A DNA stretch of 64,000 bases from an uncultured delta proteobacterium (GTDB lineage Bacteria > Myxococcota_A > Polyangia > Fen-1088): the NCBI GenBank assembly GCA_963737265.1, contig CAVTRY010000021.1:256001-320000 (forward strand), in the 5' to 3' direction. The first letter of the stretch is position 1; each line of letters begins with the position of its first letter. Under the pieces are notes generated by a model that was not told the DNA's origin, did not search any database, and saw only the letters and a list, made by a program, of their open reading frames with translations. This document shows, piece after piece, positions 36,611-48,143 of this stretch. Position numbers and translations under genes: made by a program.

Positions 36611-38593
36611 TCACTGGGGTGCCGACTGCGCTCCGCACGTGGCGCTGGCGACAGCGCAGGCACCGGTGGTAAGGCCGCACGCCGCTCCGATTTGGCTGAC
36701 CGTATTTGTGTTTCCCGCGGCGAGAACACCACTGCCAGTGATGGCGCCGGAGCAAGATAGGCCACCGAAGCCGTTGTTCTGGATGGTCACCAGACTGAGG
36801 TTGGCCGGTCCGGCGGTGGGCGGGTTTTGCGCCAGGATTCCGCCCCATGGGGTCGATCCACCGAATGCCCCTGGTCCGTTTCCGCTCAGGGTGGTGTTCT
36901 TGATGTCGAAGGCGGCGCCGTTGAGCAGGATGCCGCCGCCGGGGTTGTTGATGACAGCGCAGGTATCTATGTGGAGGATGACGCTGGAGCCGGAGTCAGG
37001 TGAGGCTTTGATACCCATACCAGTTGCCGGGCTTGTGCTTCCCTGGACGGTCAGGTTGCGCAGGTAGATTTCGCCGGAGGTGATCGTCAGAGCGTCGGCT
37101 CCGGAAGCCGGGGCGATGACTGCGCTGCTCTTCCCCACGATGGTCAGCGGCGCGGAAACGGCGATGGTTGTGGTGACGCCAAGGGAAGGCGGCGTCAATG
37201 TGCCTCTGATGAGAACCACTGGCTTGGAACCGCTCTTGGCAAGCGTGACGCCGGCCTGGGCCGAACACACCGGCGCTGACGAGCTTCCCGTACCGGTGGT
37301 ATCCGAACACGTCGTCGTTCCGCTCGGACCGACATAGATCGTCTCCGCATCCGCCGCACAATGACCGTCGGTCATGCATACACCGGGGCCGACGCCGGAG
37401 CAGTCGGTGTCGGCGGCACACTTGCGGCAGGTATTCGTCGCGGTGGCACAGATGGGTGTTGTACCCGAGCACTGAGCGTTACTGATGCACCCGACGCACT
37501 GACCTCCCACGGTTGGCGTGGTCGAGGGTGCACATGCCGGGGTTGTACCGGTGCAGGGATTCGTGGCGGCCTTGTCGCAACCGGCACAGGCATTGGAGAC
37601 GCAGAAATGTTTGGCGGCGTTGGCGGTGCACAGGGTGTTGTCGATGCATTCCACGCACTGGCCGGCCAGCGTGCCGGTCATCGGGCACGCGGGTTTACTG
37701 CCGGCGCAGGCGGTTGAGCCCGCATTCTGGCATCCGGTGCATGCGTTGTTCACGCAAAAGCCCTTGGCGGGATCCGTGGTGCAGCCGGCGTTATTGAGGC
37801 ATTCCACGCATTGGCCGGTAGAGGTTCCGGTCACTGCACAGGCAACTTTGCCGTCCGGGCGCGCGGAGCATCCAGTTGAACCGGTCGTACCGCACCCGGT
37901 ACAGGCGTTGGCCACGCAGAACCCCTTGGCGGGATCCTTGGTGCATTGGGTGTCGGCAGCGCACTCGACGCATTGGCCAACCGAGGTTCCTGCCGCCGCG
38001 CACACGGTCTTGCCGTCGGTTCTCCCGGAACACCCAGTGGCACCAGTTACGCCGCAACCCACGCAGGCACCGAGTACGCAGAATCCCTTTGCAGGATCCA
38101 CCGCGCACTGGGCGTCTGCCGTGCAACCCACGCACTTGCCGCTCGTCAAGTCGCACGCGGGCGTTGGTGCCGCGCAGGCATTCACTCCGGCGGTTTGGCA
38201 ACCCACGCATACATCCGCCACGCAGAAGGCTTTCGTTGGGTCGGTGCAGTCGCTGTTGACACTGCACGTTCCGGCGGCGTCCGGGACGGCAAGATCGGCA
38301 GCCACGTCCGGCACGATGGCAAGATCGATGCTGGCATCGACTATCTCGCGCGAAACGTCTGCGTGGACATCCGGTCCGGCCGGACCGTCTGCTGGCGTGC
38401 CGCTATCGCCACACGCCGGCCCCGAGCAAACGCACATGTGCCAGGTCGGTACGGCCTGGTCGGCAAGTTGGCATGCCTGGCCTGACTTGCAATCGCTTGT
38501 GCTCTCGCAGTAGCCGTCTTTCAGGCGCGTGGGCAACCAGCCGCATGCGCCAAGCAGCGCCACCCCGATGACGACGAACGTTCGCTCGCTCAC
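36611..38593 (-). CDS. Cys-rich repeat lipoprotein with C-terminal beta-helix-like domain
   Basis: Lipobox LGAC; repeated GQCVECxxxxxCTxDPAKGFCVxNACTGC units; NNPGGGILLNG. Confidence 0.75.
   Translation of the reverse strand: MSERTFVVIGVALLGACGWLPTRLKDGYCESTSDCKSGQACQLADQAVPTWHMCVCSGPACGDSGTPADGPAGPDVHADVSREIVDASIDLAIVPDVAADLAVPDAAGTCSVNSDCTDPTKAFCVADVCVGCQTAGVNACAAPTPACDLTSGKCVGCTADAQCAVDPAKGFCVLGACVGCGVTGATGCSGRTDGKTVCAAAGTSVGQCVECAADTQCTKDPAKGFCVANACTGCGTTGSTGCSARPDGKVACAVTGTSTGQCVECLNNAGCTTDPAKGFCVNNACTGCQNAGSTACAGSKPACPMTGTLAGQCVECIDNTLCTANAAKHFCVSNACAGCDKAATNPCTGTTPACAPSTTPTVGGQCVGCISNAQCSGTTPICATATNTCRKCAADTDCSGVGPGVCMTDGHCAADAETIYVGPSGTTTCSDTTGTGSSSAPVCSAQAGVTLAKSGSKPVVLIRGTLTPPSLGVTTTIAVSAPLTIVGKSSAVIAPASGADALTITSGEIYLRNLTVQGSTSPATGMGIKASPDSGSSVILHIDTCAVINNPGGGILLNGAAFDIKNTTLSGNGPGAFGGSTPWGGILAQNPPTAGPANLSLVTIQNNGFGGLSCSGAITGSGVLAAGNTNTVSQIGAACGLTTGACAVASATCGAQSAPQ
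37430..38270 (-). repeat. Intragenic Cys-rich tandem repeats (about 6 units)
   Basis: DPAKGFCV/DPTKAFCV/NAAKHFCV and G(Q/K)CV(E/G)C recur at roughly 43-52 aa spacing; boundaries approximate. Confidence 0.7.
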
Positions 38594-38595
38594 GA

Positions 38596-39486
38596 CTAAA
38601 ACCTCCCCGCCACGCTGATGGTTCCTGGTCCGACCGCGACGCTGCCTTGCTCGCGCACCTTGTAGATGTACCAACCGCCGCCCGCCAGGATGGCGGCGAC
38701 GCCGATCCCGGTGCCGGCGATTCCTATTCCACGCGTACTGTAGACCTTGCCGCAGGTGCTGGACCAGCAGGCGCCGCCTTGTTTTCCATCGACCGCCCAA
38801 AGGCCGACGCCGATGCCGGTGACCAGGGCGCCCGCGCCCACCAGGACCCAAGGTGCGATGATTCGTTCTGGCGGCGGCGAAGCAGGCGACTGTGCTGCGA
38901 CGCCAGCCGGTTGGGTTTGCGCCGGGTTAGGTGGTTTGATTCCGTCGATCCGTCCCGGCTGGGTGAGTGGCCCCGGATTCGGCAGCGGTGCAGGCGCGGC
39001 GGCCAGACGCTCGGCCTCGGCAACCAGGGCTTTGCGGACGTTGATGCCCACGGTTCCCGCGAACTCGGGCCCCGAGCACAGCTCGCACGAGCTAGCAAAT
39101 TGCGCCGTCCAACCGTCTTGGCCGTTTCTGACGTTCCTGCCCCAAAGCTTGACGGTGATGCTGTAGCCAGCATTGGTGTAGCTGCCTTCGACGGAAAGGA
39201 CGGTCGCGACCTTCTCCCGATCCGCGATCTCGCGCGGGCAGTCCTTGACGCCGCAACTGCTCGCGCCGTCTTCCGCCTTGATGGCCGTCCAGCCGCTGTC
39301 CCGCGCCGCGGACTCGATTTCGTCCCAAACATTGGCGCGATACCTCTGCAGCTTCGGGGGGAGCGTGATGTCTCGCCCGACGACGACGCGCTTCGCGCCC
39401 GGGTCGGCTGCCGCGGCCGAGATCCCCCCGGCCGTCGCTAGCATCAGCGTCAGCGACAGAAGCACCATCTTTTCACTCTTGGTCAT
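38596..39486 (-). CDS. Hypothetical exported protein with Pro-rich linker and C-terminal TM hairpin
   Basis: Signal peptide, CxxxxC and CELC motifs, C-terminal VSVAGRF-like ending; GAAGGAG RBS. Confidence 0.65.
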   Translation of the reverse strand: MTKSEKMVLLSLTLMLATAGGISAAAADPGAKRVVVGRDITLPPKLQRYRANVWDEIESAARDSGWTAIKAEDGASSCGVKDCPREIADREKVATVLSVEGSYTNAGYSITVKLWGRNVRNGQDGWTAQFASSCELCSGPEFAGTVGINVRKALVAEAERLAAAPAPLPNPGPLTQPGRIDGIKPPNPAQTQPAGVAAQSPASPPPERIIAPWVLVGAGALVTGIGVGLWAVDGKQGGACWSSTCGKVYSTRGIGIAGTGIGVAAILAGGGWYIYKVREQGSVAVGPGTISVAGRF

Positions 39487-39565
39487 CGTGGCTCCTTCAA
39501 CCCCATGGCGCGGCATCCTGCCCGGATTCAGGGGCCTGGTCAAAAACGAACGGGACGCCATCCCG

Positions 39566-41435
39566 CTAGGGATTCGCTATCGACTCGCGAGTGCGCGCGA
39601 GAAGCTCGCGCGCTTCGCGATTCTTGGCATCGTCCGCCAGAGCCTTCGTAAACTCCATCTCCGCTGCCTTCAGATCTTGCATCTTCAGCAAGAGCCGCCC
39701 GGCCAGAATGTGCGCCGTGGCACCGCCGCCAGCAGGTGCCGCCAAGCGCGCCAGGCGAAGGGCTTCGGCGAAATTGCCATAGCCGAGTTGCGTTCTGGCT
39801 TCCTCCAAGAGGGCGTCACCGCCTTGCCTGGGTTGGCCTGGCACCGCGCTGCGAACGGGCGGGGAACGAGGTTCGATCATCGGATGCGGCCGGACTGCCT
39901 TACCAGTCGCGGACGTGGGTGTCCGAGCTGTCACCGACACCCCACGCTCAGGACTCGGCAGGCTTGCGGACGGCAGGGATGGCGGGGCGACGACGGGCGG
40001 AAGGAGCAGTGGCGACGGTGCGGTGGCAACCGGTGGGGTAGCAACCAAAGACGGCTGTGGCATGGGGCGGGTTATCGGAGGATTCACAGAGCTGCCGCGG
40101 CTGAAAGCCACGAACAGGGCAAAGCTCACAGCGGCGGACGCGCCGAACGCCAGCACAATCACCCGGCGCCAATTCCTTCTCGGGATTGGCACGATTTCGT
40201 CGCTCGTCGGCGGTGGCACTGAAGACGTGTCCATCGATCGCTCCCGTCGCCCGTCCGGCTGCGCAGCCCGCCCGCTTCGTTTCTCCTCGCTTACAGAGCC
40301 CGCGCGATGCGCGCTCGTCGCGCCTCGCGGGCGGGCTTGCTCGCTCGGCCGGGGCTCGGTCTGCGATTGATAGACACGTCTTGACTCGGCCACGGTGTCG
40401 CCGGCCACAATCACTTGCGGCGGCGGCGCTAAAACCGGGGCATCGTCGAGCAGCGGCCGGCCTTCTTCGAGCAGCTTGGACAGAAGGTTCCCGGCGAGCC
40501 GGCTGGTGTTGCGGAAGATGAGGTTCGCCACCGCGGCCTTGCCGGCGAAGCCTTCGGGGACGTGGCGGCCGGCGGCTCGCGCCAGCTCGGCGGCAGTCTG
40601 GAAGCGCAGGTTGGGATCGGGATCGGTGGCCCTGGCGACTACCTGGTCCAGCTCGTGACTGACCTCGGGGTTGAAGGCAGACGGCGGGACAAAGCGATCG
40701 CTCGACACGGTTCGGTTGGCCTTGGTCGAGCCGGGTTCTCGGCGAGTCAGAATGTACCAGTAAAGCAATCCGAGGGTGTAGATGTCGGCCCGGCGGTTGA
40801 GCTTGGCGCCATGGAAGAGCTCGGGCGCCAGCCAGTCGGCCTTGCCGATGACGCCCCGCTGGGTCAGGCCGTCGTCGCGCTTGGTGGCCTTGGCCACGCC
40901 GAAGTCGATCAGCTTGACCTCGCCGGTGTTGGCCAGCATGACGTTGTCGGGCGTGACATCCCGGTGCATGCAGACCCCTGTCTTCGAAATCGTGCAAGTA
41001 CGCCAGCGCCCGCGCCACCTCGGCCACGATGTGCGAGGCCAGCGCAACGGCGATGACCTCGCCCGCCGCCTCTACCCGCGGAACCAGGTTGCGCAGGTTC
41101 ATGCCGTCGATGAACTCCTGCACCAGGTACGGTCCGTGCTCGTCGCCGACCGCGAAGGTCTTGGCAATCGAGGGATGGGCGAGCGCCGTGGTGATCTCGG
41201 CCTCGTGCCTGAACCGCGCCTCGATCTCGGGCAGGTGCTCGTTGGAGAAATCGGACCAGCCGCTGCCCACCTGTTTGACGACACAGAACTTCTCCGCTCC
41301 CTTGGGTCCCATGAGCGCCAGGTACACGCTGCCCATGCCGCCCTCGCCGAGGAAGCTGACGATGACGTACGGACCAAGCCGGCGCGGGAATTTGGCGTGG
41401 TCCGCGGGAAGCATAGGGGCGAGTTCGCTAGGCAT
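39566..41435 (-). CDS. Membrane Ser/Thr protein kinase with C-terminal TPR-like region (frameshift near 40970)
   Basis: LGEGGMGSVY, VVK, RFRHEAE in one frame; HRDVTPDNV, DFG, APE, ADIY in the other. Confidence 0.85.
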
Positions 41436-41930
41436 CGGTCACTTGGGTTCTGGTGCGAAATCTGGCTGCGCGATAGGCGCGGATTGGTTTTCGGGCATTG
41501 GGCGGCGCGGCTGAAAAATAGGGCAGAGGGAGCCTACCACGACGCACAGGATGGTTCCGAGGACAGCCTCTTTGAGATATCCGAGCTGGAGCTCGCTGCG
41601 GAGGGGAAGGGACGGGAACGGGCAGCCTCAGAGATTCTTCTCGACCCTTTCAAAGAGCAAAATGTAGCTAGGCACATTACCGAGCCAGCGCCATTCCCAG
41701 AACGTATCGACCGGGCGGTAGTTGGCCCTGAGCTCCAAGCAACGCCCGCTCGGCGGTGCGCCGGAAGTTCCACACGTGGTTGCTGACGTCCAACAAGAAC
41801 TGGCATCCTATTCGGAGCAGGCAGAGTCAACAGAAATTCGGCGTCGTCGGTCGACGAACGCCTTTCCCGGCTGACACGCCGAGCGGCGCCTGCCTATTTC
41901 TCGGCGGCGTGACCGATCCGCGCTAGCCAG

Positions 41931-42954
41931 CTATTGCTGCTCTCTGGTCTTCTGCTGGGGCAGCGGCCGCGTGCGCGGGTGGCGGGTGCTGAAGGCGGGC
42001 TTTTGGTTGGGGTCGCAATTGGGACCGAAACCGTCGGCTTTGAAATCGTAGCCCAGTCGGCCGCGCATCATGCCCTTGACGGCTTCGATTTCCACGTTGT
42101 GGTGGCCCGCGCGCGCCGGCGAGCAGTAGGAAAACAGATAGTAGCGCCGGGAGAATCCTTCGATGCGCTGGGCGATTTCGTCGAAGCCGCGGCGGATGTC
42201 GGCGGGGTTCTTGGAGGTGAACGTTCCGTTGCGACCGATGGCGCGGATTCTCTGATCGTTGACCTCGGAGCCCACCGCAATGGCGTAGACCTCGACGTTC
42301 GAGCTCGCTCAGGGCGGCGTGCAAGGCTTCCTTGGAAACGCGCGACGCGTGGTCGGTGCCGTCGGTAAACACGACCAAGGTTCCGAAGCGCAGCGGCATC
42401 GGCGACTGGCTCATCTGGCGATCGAGAATCCTGATGGCTTCGACCACGGCGCCGTTGAGGTTCGTGGAAGGATCGCGAGACTGGAATCCGGCGAAGGCCC
42501 TGATGGTGCCTTGGGGATTGGTAGCGCCAAATGGGGATATCGGCGTCACGTGCGGACTGCCGTCGAAGGCGTAAATCCCAAGCTTTTGGTAGCGTCCGAC
42601 CTGTTGGGCGAACGACGCCGCTCCGGCCACGACCTTGTCCAAGTCGGGCGACGCCGAGACGCTGCCGCTCATGTCGACCAGCAGCAGCGTGTAGTGCGCC
42701 GCCGCGACCTCGGGCTGCAAAATGGTTTGCCTGCTTTCAAAAACCGACACCGGAGCGCCGTCCTCGTAGATGTGAAAATCGGAGGGCGTCAGATTCGGCA
42801 CGGGATCGCCACGCGTCGTGTCCACGGTGAAGTAGACGGCGATGTTCGACGGCCGCTCTACCGAGCGGTCGACCATCTGCAATTTCAGACCGGCGCACCC
42901 CGCAAACAGGACTGCCGCGGTTAGCGAGACGAGGGAAAGGGGACTTGGGCGCAT
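41931..42954 (-). CDS. VWA-domain lipoprotein (frameshift near 42299)
   Basis: Lipobox FAGC; DFHIYEDG, LVDMSGS, VVFTDG; continues LDVEVYAIAVGSE...YLFSYCSPARAG in another frame. Confidence 0.8.
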
Positions 42955-43074
42955 GGCGAGAAGTATAGACCTGGCGAATGTGCTAAAAACAAGGCATCTT
43001 TCGTCGACAGGATCCCAGCGCCCGGCATTCTTCGGGACGGATTTTTTGCCAAATCTCAAGCGTCGGAGCTGCCC

Positions 43075-45258
43075 ATGGCTGCATTCGGAAACCTAACGCT
43101 TTTAGTCTCCTTTGTTGTCGCCACGATGGCGGGCGTCGCCTCGTTCGTCGGCATTCGCCGCGACTCGGAACGGCTGCTGCGTGCGGGACGCGCCGCGGTC
43201 TACTTGCTCGCTGCCACGCTCTCCATGGCCATCGCGACCATGGTGCACGCCTTCATGTCGAGCGATTTCTCGATCAAGTACGTCCAGCACTACTCGGAGG
43301 CTGCGCAGCCCTTCGCCTACAAGATCACCGCCGTGTGGGGCGGCCTCGATGGATCGCTGCTGTTCTGGGTCTTTCTGCTGGCCATCTGTTCGGCCGTGGC
43401 GGTGCGGGCCGTGTATCGCCGCGATCGAGCCATCGCCGCCTACGGCACCGTGGTGCTGATGGCGGTGTGCGATTTCTTCATCTACCTGGTGGTGTTCGAA
43501 AAGAACCCCTTCGACACCTTCCTGGTCTCGGCCCCCGCCAGCGGCCAGGGCATGAACCCGCTCTTGCAGAATCCCTACATGGTCGCGCACCCGCCGTCGC
43601 TCTATTCGGGCTTCGTGGGGCTAACCATTCCGTATGCCTTCGCCATGGGCGCGCTCATGGCGGGAAGATTCAACAACGCCTGGCTGCCGCTGGCCAAGCG
43701 CTGGTTGTTCGCGGCCTGGCTGGTGCTGACCCTGGGGCTGACCCTCGGCATGATCTGGGCCTACGAGGTTCTCGGTTGGGGCGGTTTCTGGGCCTGGGAT
43801 CCGGTGGAAAACGCGGGCCTTTTGCCGTGGCTCATGGCCACCGCGCTCATCCACTCGGCCAAGGTTCAAGAGCGGCGCGGGATCTTCGTGCGCTGGAACT
43901 TCACCCTGGTGATCTTCGCGTTCTTCCTCACCATCGTCGGCACCTTCATGACCCGCTCGGGAATCGTGCAATCCGTGCACGCCTTCGGCAAGGATATCCA
44001 TCTCGCCTACGTCTTCGGCGCGTTCATGGTCGCCATACTCGCCTTCAGCTTCGGCCTCATGGCCTGGCGGCGCAAGGAGCTGCGCGCAATCGAAAAAATC
44101 GGCTCCATGCTCTCGCGCGAGGCCATGTTTGCCATGGGCAACTGGTTCTTCGTGCTGGCCACCGCCGTCGTGCTGTTCGCGACCCTGTTTCCCACCCTGT
44201 CGGAAACATTCATTCACCAGCGCATCGACGTCACGGCGGCCTTCTTCAATCGCACCATGGTGCCCATCGGCATCGTGCTGCTGCTCTTGACCGGAACTGG
44301 ATCGCTCTTCACCTGGCGCGGAATGGAAAAGACCATGGCACGCCGGCGCGCGCTCTTGCCCATCGCCGCGGGCGCGGCGACTCTCGTGCTGCTGGGCGGG
44401 CTCACGCACGCAAGGAAATCTCCCGCCGCGCTGCTCTGCTTCGCGGTCTGCGCCTTCGTGGCGGCTGTGATCGTTCAGGAACTGATTCGTGGCGGACGCA
44501 GCCGGCAGAAGGCGAGCGGCGGTTCCTTCGTCGTGTCCATGGCGAGCGTGATCTTCCGCGCGCGCCAGCCCCATGCGGGATACATCGTTCACATGGGCCT
44601 CGTGCTCATGTTCGTGGGCTTTGCCGGCCAGGCCTTCCAGCACGAAGAGACCGCCGTCATTTCTGCCGGCCAAACCAAGGATTTCGGTGGCTACAAGCTG
44701 CGCTTCGACGGTATGACCCAGGACCGCGATCTCATCAAGGAAACCTACCGTGCCGACATCGCGGTGTCGTCGTCCAGCAACCGATTTCTCGGCCGCCTGC
44801 AACCCGGGCGTGAATTCTACGAACAGCGACCCAACGAGCCCGTGAGCCAGGTCGCCATCCGGCGCGGCCTCGACGAGGATCTCTACATCACACTCGGCAG
44901 CTACGATGAAGCCCGGCGCGCGGTCGCGCTCAAGCTCGTGACCAATCCGCTCGTGGACTGGCTGTGGCTGGGCTTCCTGGTGATTGCCTTCGGCTCGCTG
45001 CTGATCCTGGCGCCGGGGCGAGCGCAGGAAGCGCCGGCCCGCCAGGTCGTGTGGTCGCAGGTCGCGGGCGCGCTCAGCGTGGCCGCCGTCGTGGCGATCC
45101 TCGGAAAAACCGTTCTGCACATGCCCACCTCCGCGCAGCTCGTGACGCTCTCTTTGTGCGGACTGACGGTCGGCCTCGCCGGGCTGGCGTGTTATCGTAT
45201 GGTGCAGTCGTTGCTCGTGCCGTTGCCCAGCGAAAACACCAGCCCGGAAGTGCCGTGA
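43075..45258 (+). CDS. ccmF: Cytochrome c heme lyase CcmF
   Basis: GMNPLLQNPYMVAHPP, WAYEVLGWGGFWAWDPVEN, TRSGIVQSVHAF, NPLVDWLWLG. Confidence 0.95.
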   Translation: MAAFGNLTLLVSFVVATMAGVASFVGIRRDSERLLRAGRAAVYLLAATLSMAIATMVHAFMSSDFSIKYVQHYSEAAQPFAYKITAVWGGLDGSLLFWVFLLAICSAVAVRAVYRRDRAIAAYGTVVLMAVCDFFIYLVVFEKNPFDTFLVSAPASGQGMNPLLQNPYMVAHPPSLYSGFVGLTIPYAFAMGALMAGRFNNAWLPLAKRWLFAAWLVLTLGLTLGMIWAYEVLGWGGFWAWDPVENAGLLPWLMATALIHSAKVQERRGIFVRWNFTLVIFAFFLTIVGTFMTRSGIVQSVHAFGKDIHLAYVFGAFMVAILAFSFGLMAWRRKELRAIEKIGSMLSREAMFAMGNWFFVLATAVVLFATLFPTLSETFIHQRIDVTAAFFNRTMVPIGIVLLLLTGTGSLFTWRGMEKTMARRRALLPIAAGAATLVLLGGLTHARKSPAALLCFAVCAFVAAVIVQELIRGGRSRQKASGGSFVVSMASVIFRARQPHAGYIVHMGLVLMFVGFAGQAFQHEETAVISAGQTKDFGGYKLRFDGMTQDRDLIKETYRADIAVSSSSNRFLGRLQPGREFYEQRPNEPVSQVAIRRGLDEDLYITLGSYDEARRAVALKLVTNPLVDWLWLGFLVIAFGSLLILAPGRAQEAPARQVVWSQVAGALSVAAVVAILGKTVLHMPTSAQLVTLSLCGLTVGLAGLACYRMVQSLLVPLPSENTSPEVP

Positions 45259-46697
45259 TCCGAACAAAGAATCTCCTTTCCACCATCGTCCTCGGACTTG
45301 GCGCGACAGCCATAGTCGCGCCCGGTGCAAGCTGGGCACAAGACCCGCCGCCCGATCACAGCAGCGCTTCCGCCGAACCCCTGTTCGTGCAAGACCTGCC
45401 GGCGGGAACCATCACCGTCCGCATCTCGCGTCCGTCGATGACGGAGCCGATCGTGAATGTCCAAGTGACCGGTTCGTGGACGGCCAAGGACGGCAAAGCG
45501 CGGTTCCAAGCCGTGAAGACCGGCGCCGATGGTCGAGCATCGTTCGCAGGTATTCCCGCCGGCAGCAGCTTTCGTGCACAGGCCAGCGTCGACGGCGAGG
45601 CGCTGTCGACGCCGACCTTCACCGTTCCGGACAGCGGGGGCACGCGTCTTCTTCTGATAGCCAGCGGCGGTGCGCCACGATCCGCCGACGAGATGGTCCC
45701 AGGCGCAAGCCTCGGCAAGACGAAGGACAACAAAACGCTCGCCGTGCGCTCGGGGAAGGTTGAACCCCGCGAGGGTATGCCCGCGGGAACCGTGGAGGTT
45801 CGCGTTTTCGCGGCCGATGGAAAAGCGATTGCCGGATTGACCGTCAACTTGGGTAGAGCCGATCCCGGAAAGACGAGCGTGGAATTCCAGCGCGCGGTGA
45901 CCGACGAATCTGGAACAGCCCGTTTTTCGGATCTCAAGGCAAGTGGAAGCTCGCCCTACGCTGCGGTGGTTGAGCGCGACGGCATGCGGGTGGGGACAGA
46001 GGCCTTTCTCCTCGGCGGCGACGTCGGCTCCTCGGGCGAAATCCATGTTCCCGCCAAAACCAGCGATCTCTCCGTGCTGCGTATTTCCCCGGACTCGCGC
46101 ATGATGGTAGAGGTACGCGAAGACGCCTTGAGCGTTCTCCAGAATCTGATCGTGGAAAACACGTCTGACAAAGTATTCGACCCGGGGCCGAGCGGGCTCT
46201 TTATCCCGTTGCCCGGGGGATTTGCCGGGGCGGAGAAACTGCCCGGCGGAGCCGACGTCGATCTCAAAGAAGGAGTTGGCGCCTTTCTCCACACGCCGTT
46301 GCCGCCCGCCCAGTCGGTGGGAGCCTTGGCCCAGGTGCGCCTGGGCTATCTACTGACGACGCACGAAACGGCCGACTATGAATTCGTCCATCCCATGCCG
46401 CTTGGGATGGCGGGAGGCATCGTGATGGTGCCTGGGGAAACCCCCGTCACGCTTTCCGCTCCTGGCTTGCGCACACGACCCCCGGAACGCGACGACAACG
46501 GCAACGAGCTACGCATGTACGATCTCGATGCCGTCCCGCCGGGGCAAGCCTTGCGCTTGACGGTGCGCGGGCTTCCCACGCGCGAGCAGGCGGGCAAGTG
46601 GATCGCGGCGACGCTGGCCGGGTTGTTGGTCGCGGCGGGGATCGTCGGCGCGCGGCGCCCCAGACCTAGCGTGGCTGCCGGAGGAAAAGCCGGGTGA
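45255..46697 (+). CDS. Exported protein with two carboxypeptidase-regulatory/Ig-like repeats and a C-terminal TM, in the ccm operon
   Basis: GTGA overlap with ccmF; signal peptide; PAGTITV...KTGADGRASF and PAGTVEV...VTDESGTARF. Confidence 0.7.
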   Translation: MIRTKNLLSTIVLGLGATAIVAPGASWAQDPPPDHSSASAEPLFVQDLPAGTITVRISRPSMTEPIVNVQVTGSWTAKDGKARFQAVKTGADGRASFAGIPAGSSFRAQASVDGEALSTPTFTVPDSGGTRLLLIASGGAPRSADEMVPGASLGKTKDNKTLAVRSGKVEPREGMPAGTVEVRVFAADGKAIAGLTVNLGRADPGKTSVEFQRAVTDESGTARFSDLKASGSSPYAAVVERDGMRVGTEAFLLGGDVGSSGEIHVPAKTSDLSVLRISPDSRMMVEVREDALSVLQNLIVENTSDKVFDPGPSGLFIPLPGGFAGAEKLPGGADVDLKEGVGAFLHTPLPPAQSVGALAQVRLGYLLTTHETADYEFVHPMPLGMAGGIVMVPGETPVTLSAPGLRTRPPERDDNGNELRMYDLDAVPPGQALRLTVRGLPTREQAGKWIAATLAGLLVAAGIVGARRPRPSVAAGGKAG

Positions 46698-46701
46698 CGG
46701 C

Positions 46702-47418
46702 ATGAGCCTGCGCCACCTGCGCGTGGCCAATCTCAGCAAGACCTACGGCCGGCAGCGCGCTCTCGTCGACGTTTCACTCGCCTTCGCGCCGGGGGAAGGC
46801 ACGGCCATCGTCGGTCCCAATGGCGCCGGCAAGACTACCTTGCTGGCCATTCTTTCTACCCTCGTGCGACCCACGAGCGGGGCAATTTCCCTCGGCGATG
46901 AGGCCCTTTCCGGCAATCCCGCCGCGCGCGGGACCATCGGTTACGTGGGACATGAGCCTGGCGTTTATCCCGAGCTTTCCGCACGACAGAACTTGCGACT
47001 GTTCGCTTCGCTCTACGATTTGACCGATGCCGAGGATCGCATCGAGGCGATGCTCAAGCGCGTCGACCTCGCGGACGTGCGCTCCGATTTACCGGCGCGG
47101 GCGTATTCGCGAGGCATGCTGCAACGTCTGGCGCTGGCACGCGCGCTCTTGCACAGCCCGGAAATCCTTCTCTTCGACGAACCATCTTCCGCCCTCGATC
47201 CCATGGGCGCGCGCTGGCTGGTCGACGAGCTCTTGCGCGAGCGTCGGGCAGGCCGGCTGGTCGTGCTGGTCACGCACGATCTCGATGCGGCCGCGCAAGT
47301 GGCCAGTCACCTCGTCGTCATTCGCCGGGGCCGCGTCGCGCTCGATCGGACGCAGCCCGACGGTTTCGCTGTTGCAGAGGTGCGCACGCTCTACGAGGAG
47401 GCCTTGCGTGACAGCTAG
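46702..47418 (+). CDS. ccmA: Heme ABC exporter ATPase CcmA
   Basis: GPNGAGKTT, YSRGMLQRL, LLFDEP; operon context. Confidence 0.88.
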   Translation: MSLRHLRVANLSKTYGRQRALVDVSLAFAPGEGTAIVGPNGAGKTTLLAILSTLVRPTSGAISLGDEALSGNPAARGTIGYVGHEPGVYPELSARQNLRLFASLYDLTDAEDRIEAMLKRVDLADVRSDLPARAYSRGMLQRLALARALLHSPEILLFDEPSSALDPMGARWLVDELLRERRAGRLVVLVTHDLDAAAQVASHLVVIRRGRVALDRTQPDGFAVAEVRTLYEEALRDS

Positions 47419-48106
47419 CTGGTGGCGCTACACCTTCCTCGTCGCATTCAAAGATCTACGCATCGAGGGCAGAAGCCGCGAGGTGCTTTACACCATGGGA
47501 TTCTCCGCCGCGCTGGTGGTGCTGGTGTTTTCCTTCGCCCTGGCCAACGCCACCGACGCCGCGCAAGGCCCGGTTACCGCCGCCGGGGTGCTGTGGGCCG
47601 CGACCCTTTTCACCGGCACGGTGGCCCTGGCGCGCGTCCTCGATCGCGAACGGGAAAACGAAGCCATCCGTTCGCTGCTCCTTTCCCCCGCCCCACGCTC
47701 GGCCATCTACGCCGGCAAGCTCATCGCCACCTCGCTGCTGATGATCGCCGTCGAGGTTCTGCTCACCGTCCTCGTCGGCGTGTTGTTCTCGACCGGGGTC
47801 TTCACCCATCTTGGCTGGCTCGCGCTCGTCCTCGTGCTGGGCACACTCGGCTTCTCGGCCACCGGCGTGGTCTTTTCCGCCGCGCTACTGCGCTCGCGCA
47901 GCCGCGAGGCCCTGCTCGGCGCCCTGCTTTTCCCCATCGTGATTCCGGTTTTGCTGGCCGCGAGCCGGGCAACGGCCTGCCTTTTCGATCCACTTTCGCC
48001 CGATCTCGAACCCGTCGGCTTCTGGACGCGTTTCCTTTTCGCCACCGACGTCATCTATATTCTGCTGGGCCTATGGGTCTTCGAGCCCGTGGTCATCGGC
48101 GAGTAG
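47408..48106 (+). CDS. ccmB: Heme exporter CcmB
   Basis: FKDLRIEGRSRE, ALLFPIVIPVLL, multiple TM segments. Confidence 0.88.
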   Translation: MTASWWRYTFLVAFKDLRIEGRSREVLYTMGFSAALVVLVFSFALANATDAAQGPVTAAGVLWAATLFTGTVALARVLDRERENEAIRSLLLSPAPRSAIYAGKLIATSLLMIAVEVLLTVLVGVLFSTGVFTHLGWLALVLVLGTLGFSATGVVFSAALLRSRSREALLGALLFPIVIPVLLAASRATACLFDPLSPDLEPVGFWTRFLFATDVIYILLGLWVFEPVVIGE

Positions 48107-48143
48107 CCAACGCAAATTCCAACCCGCGCTATCATTGTCAACC

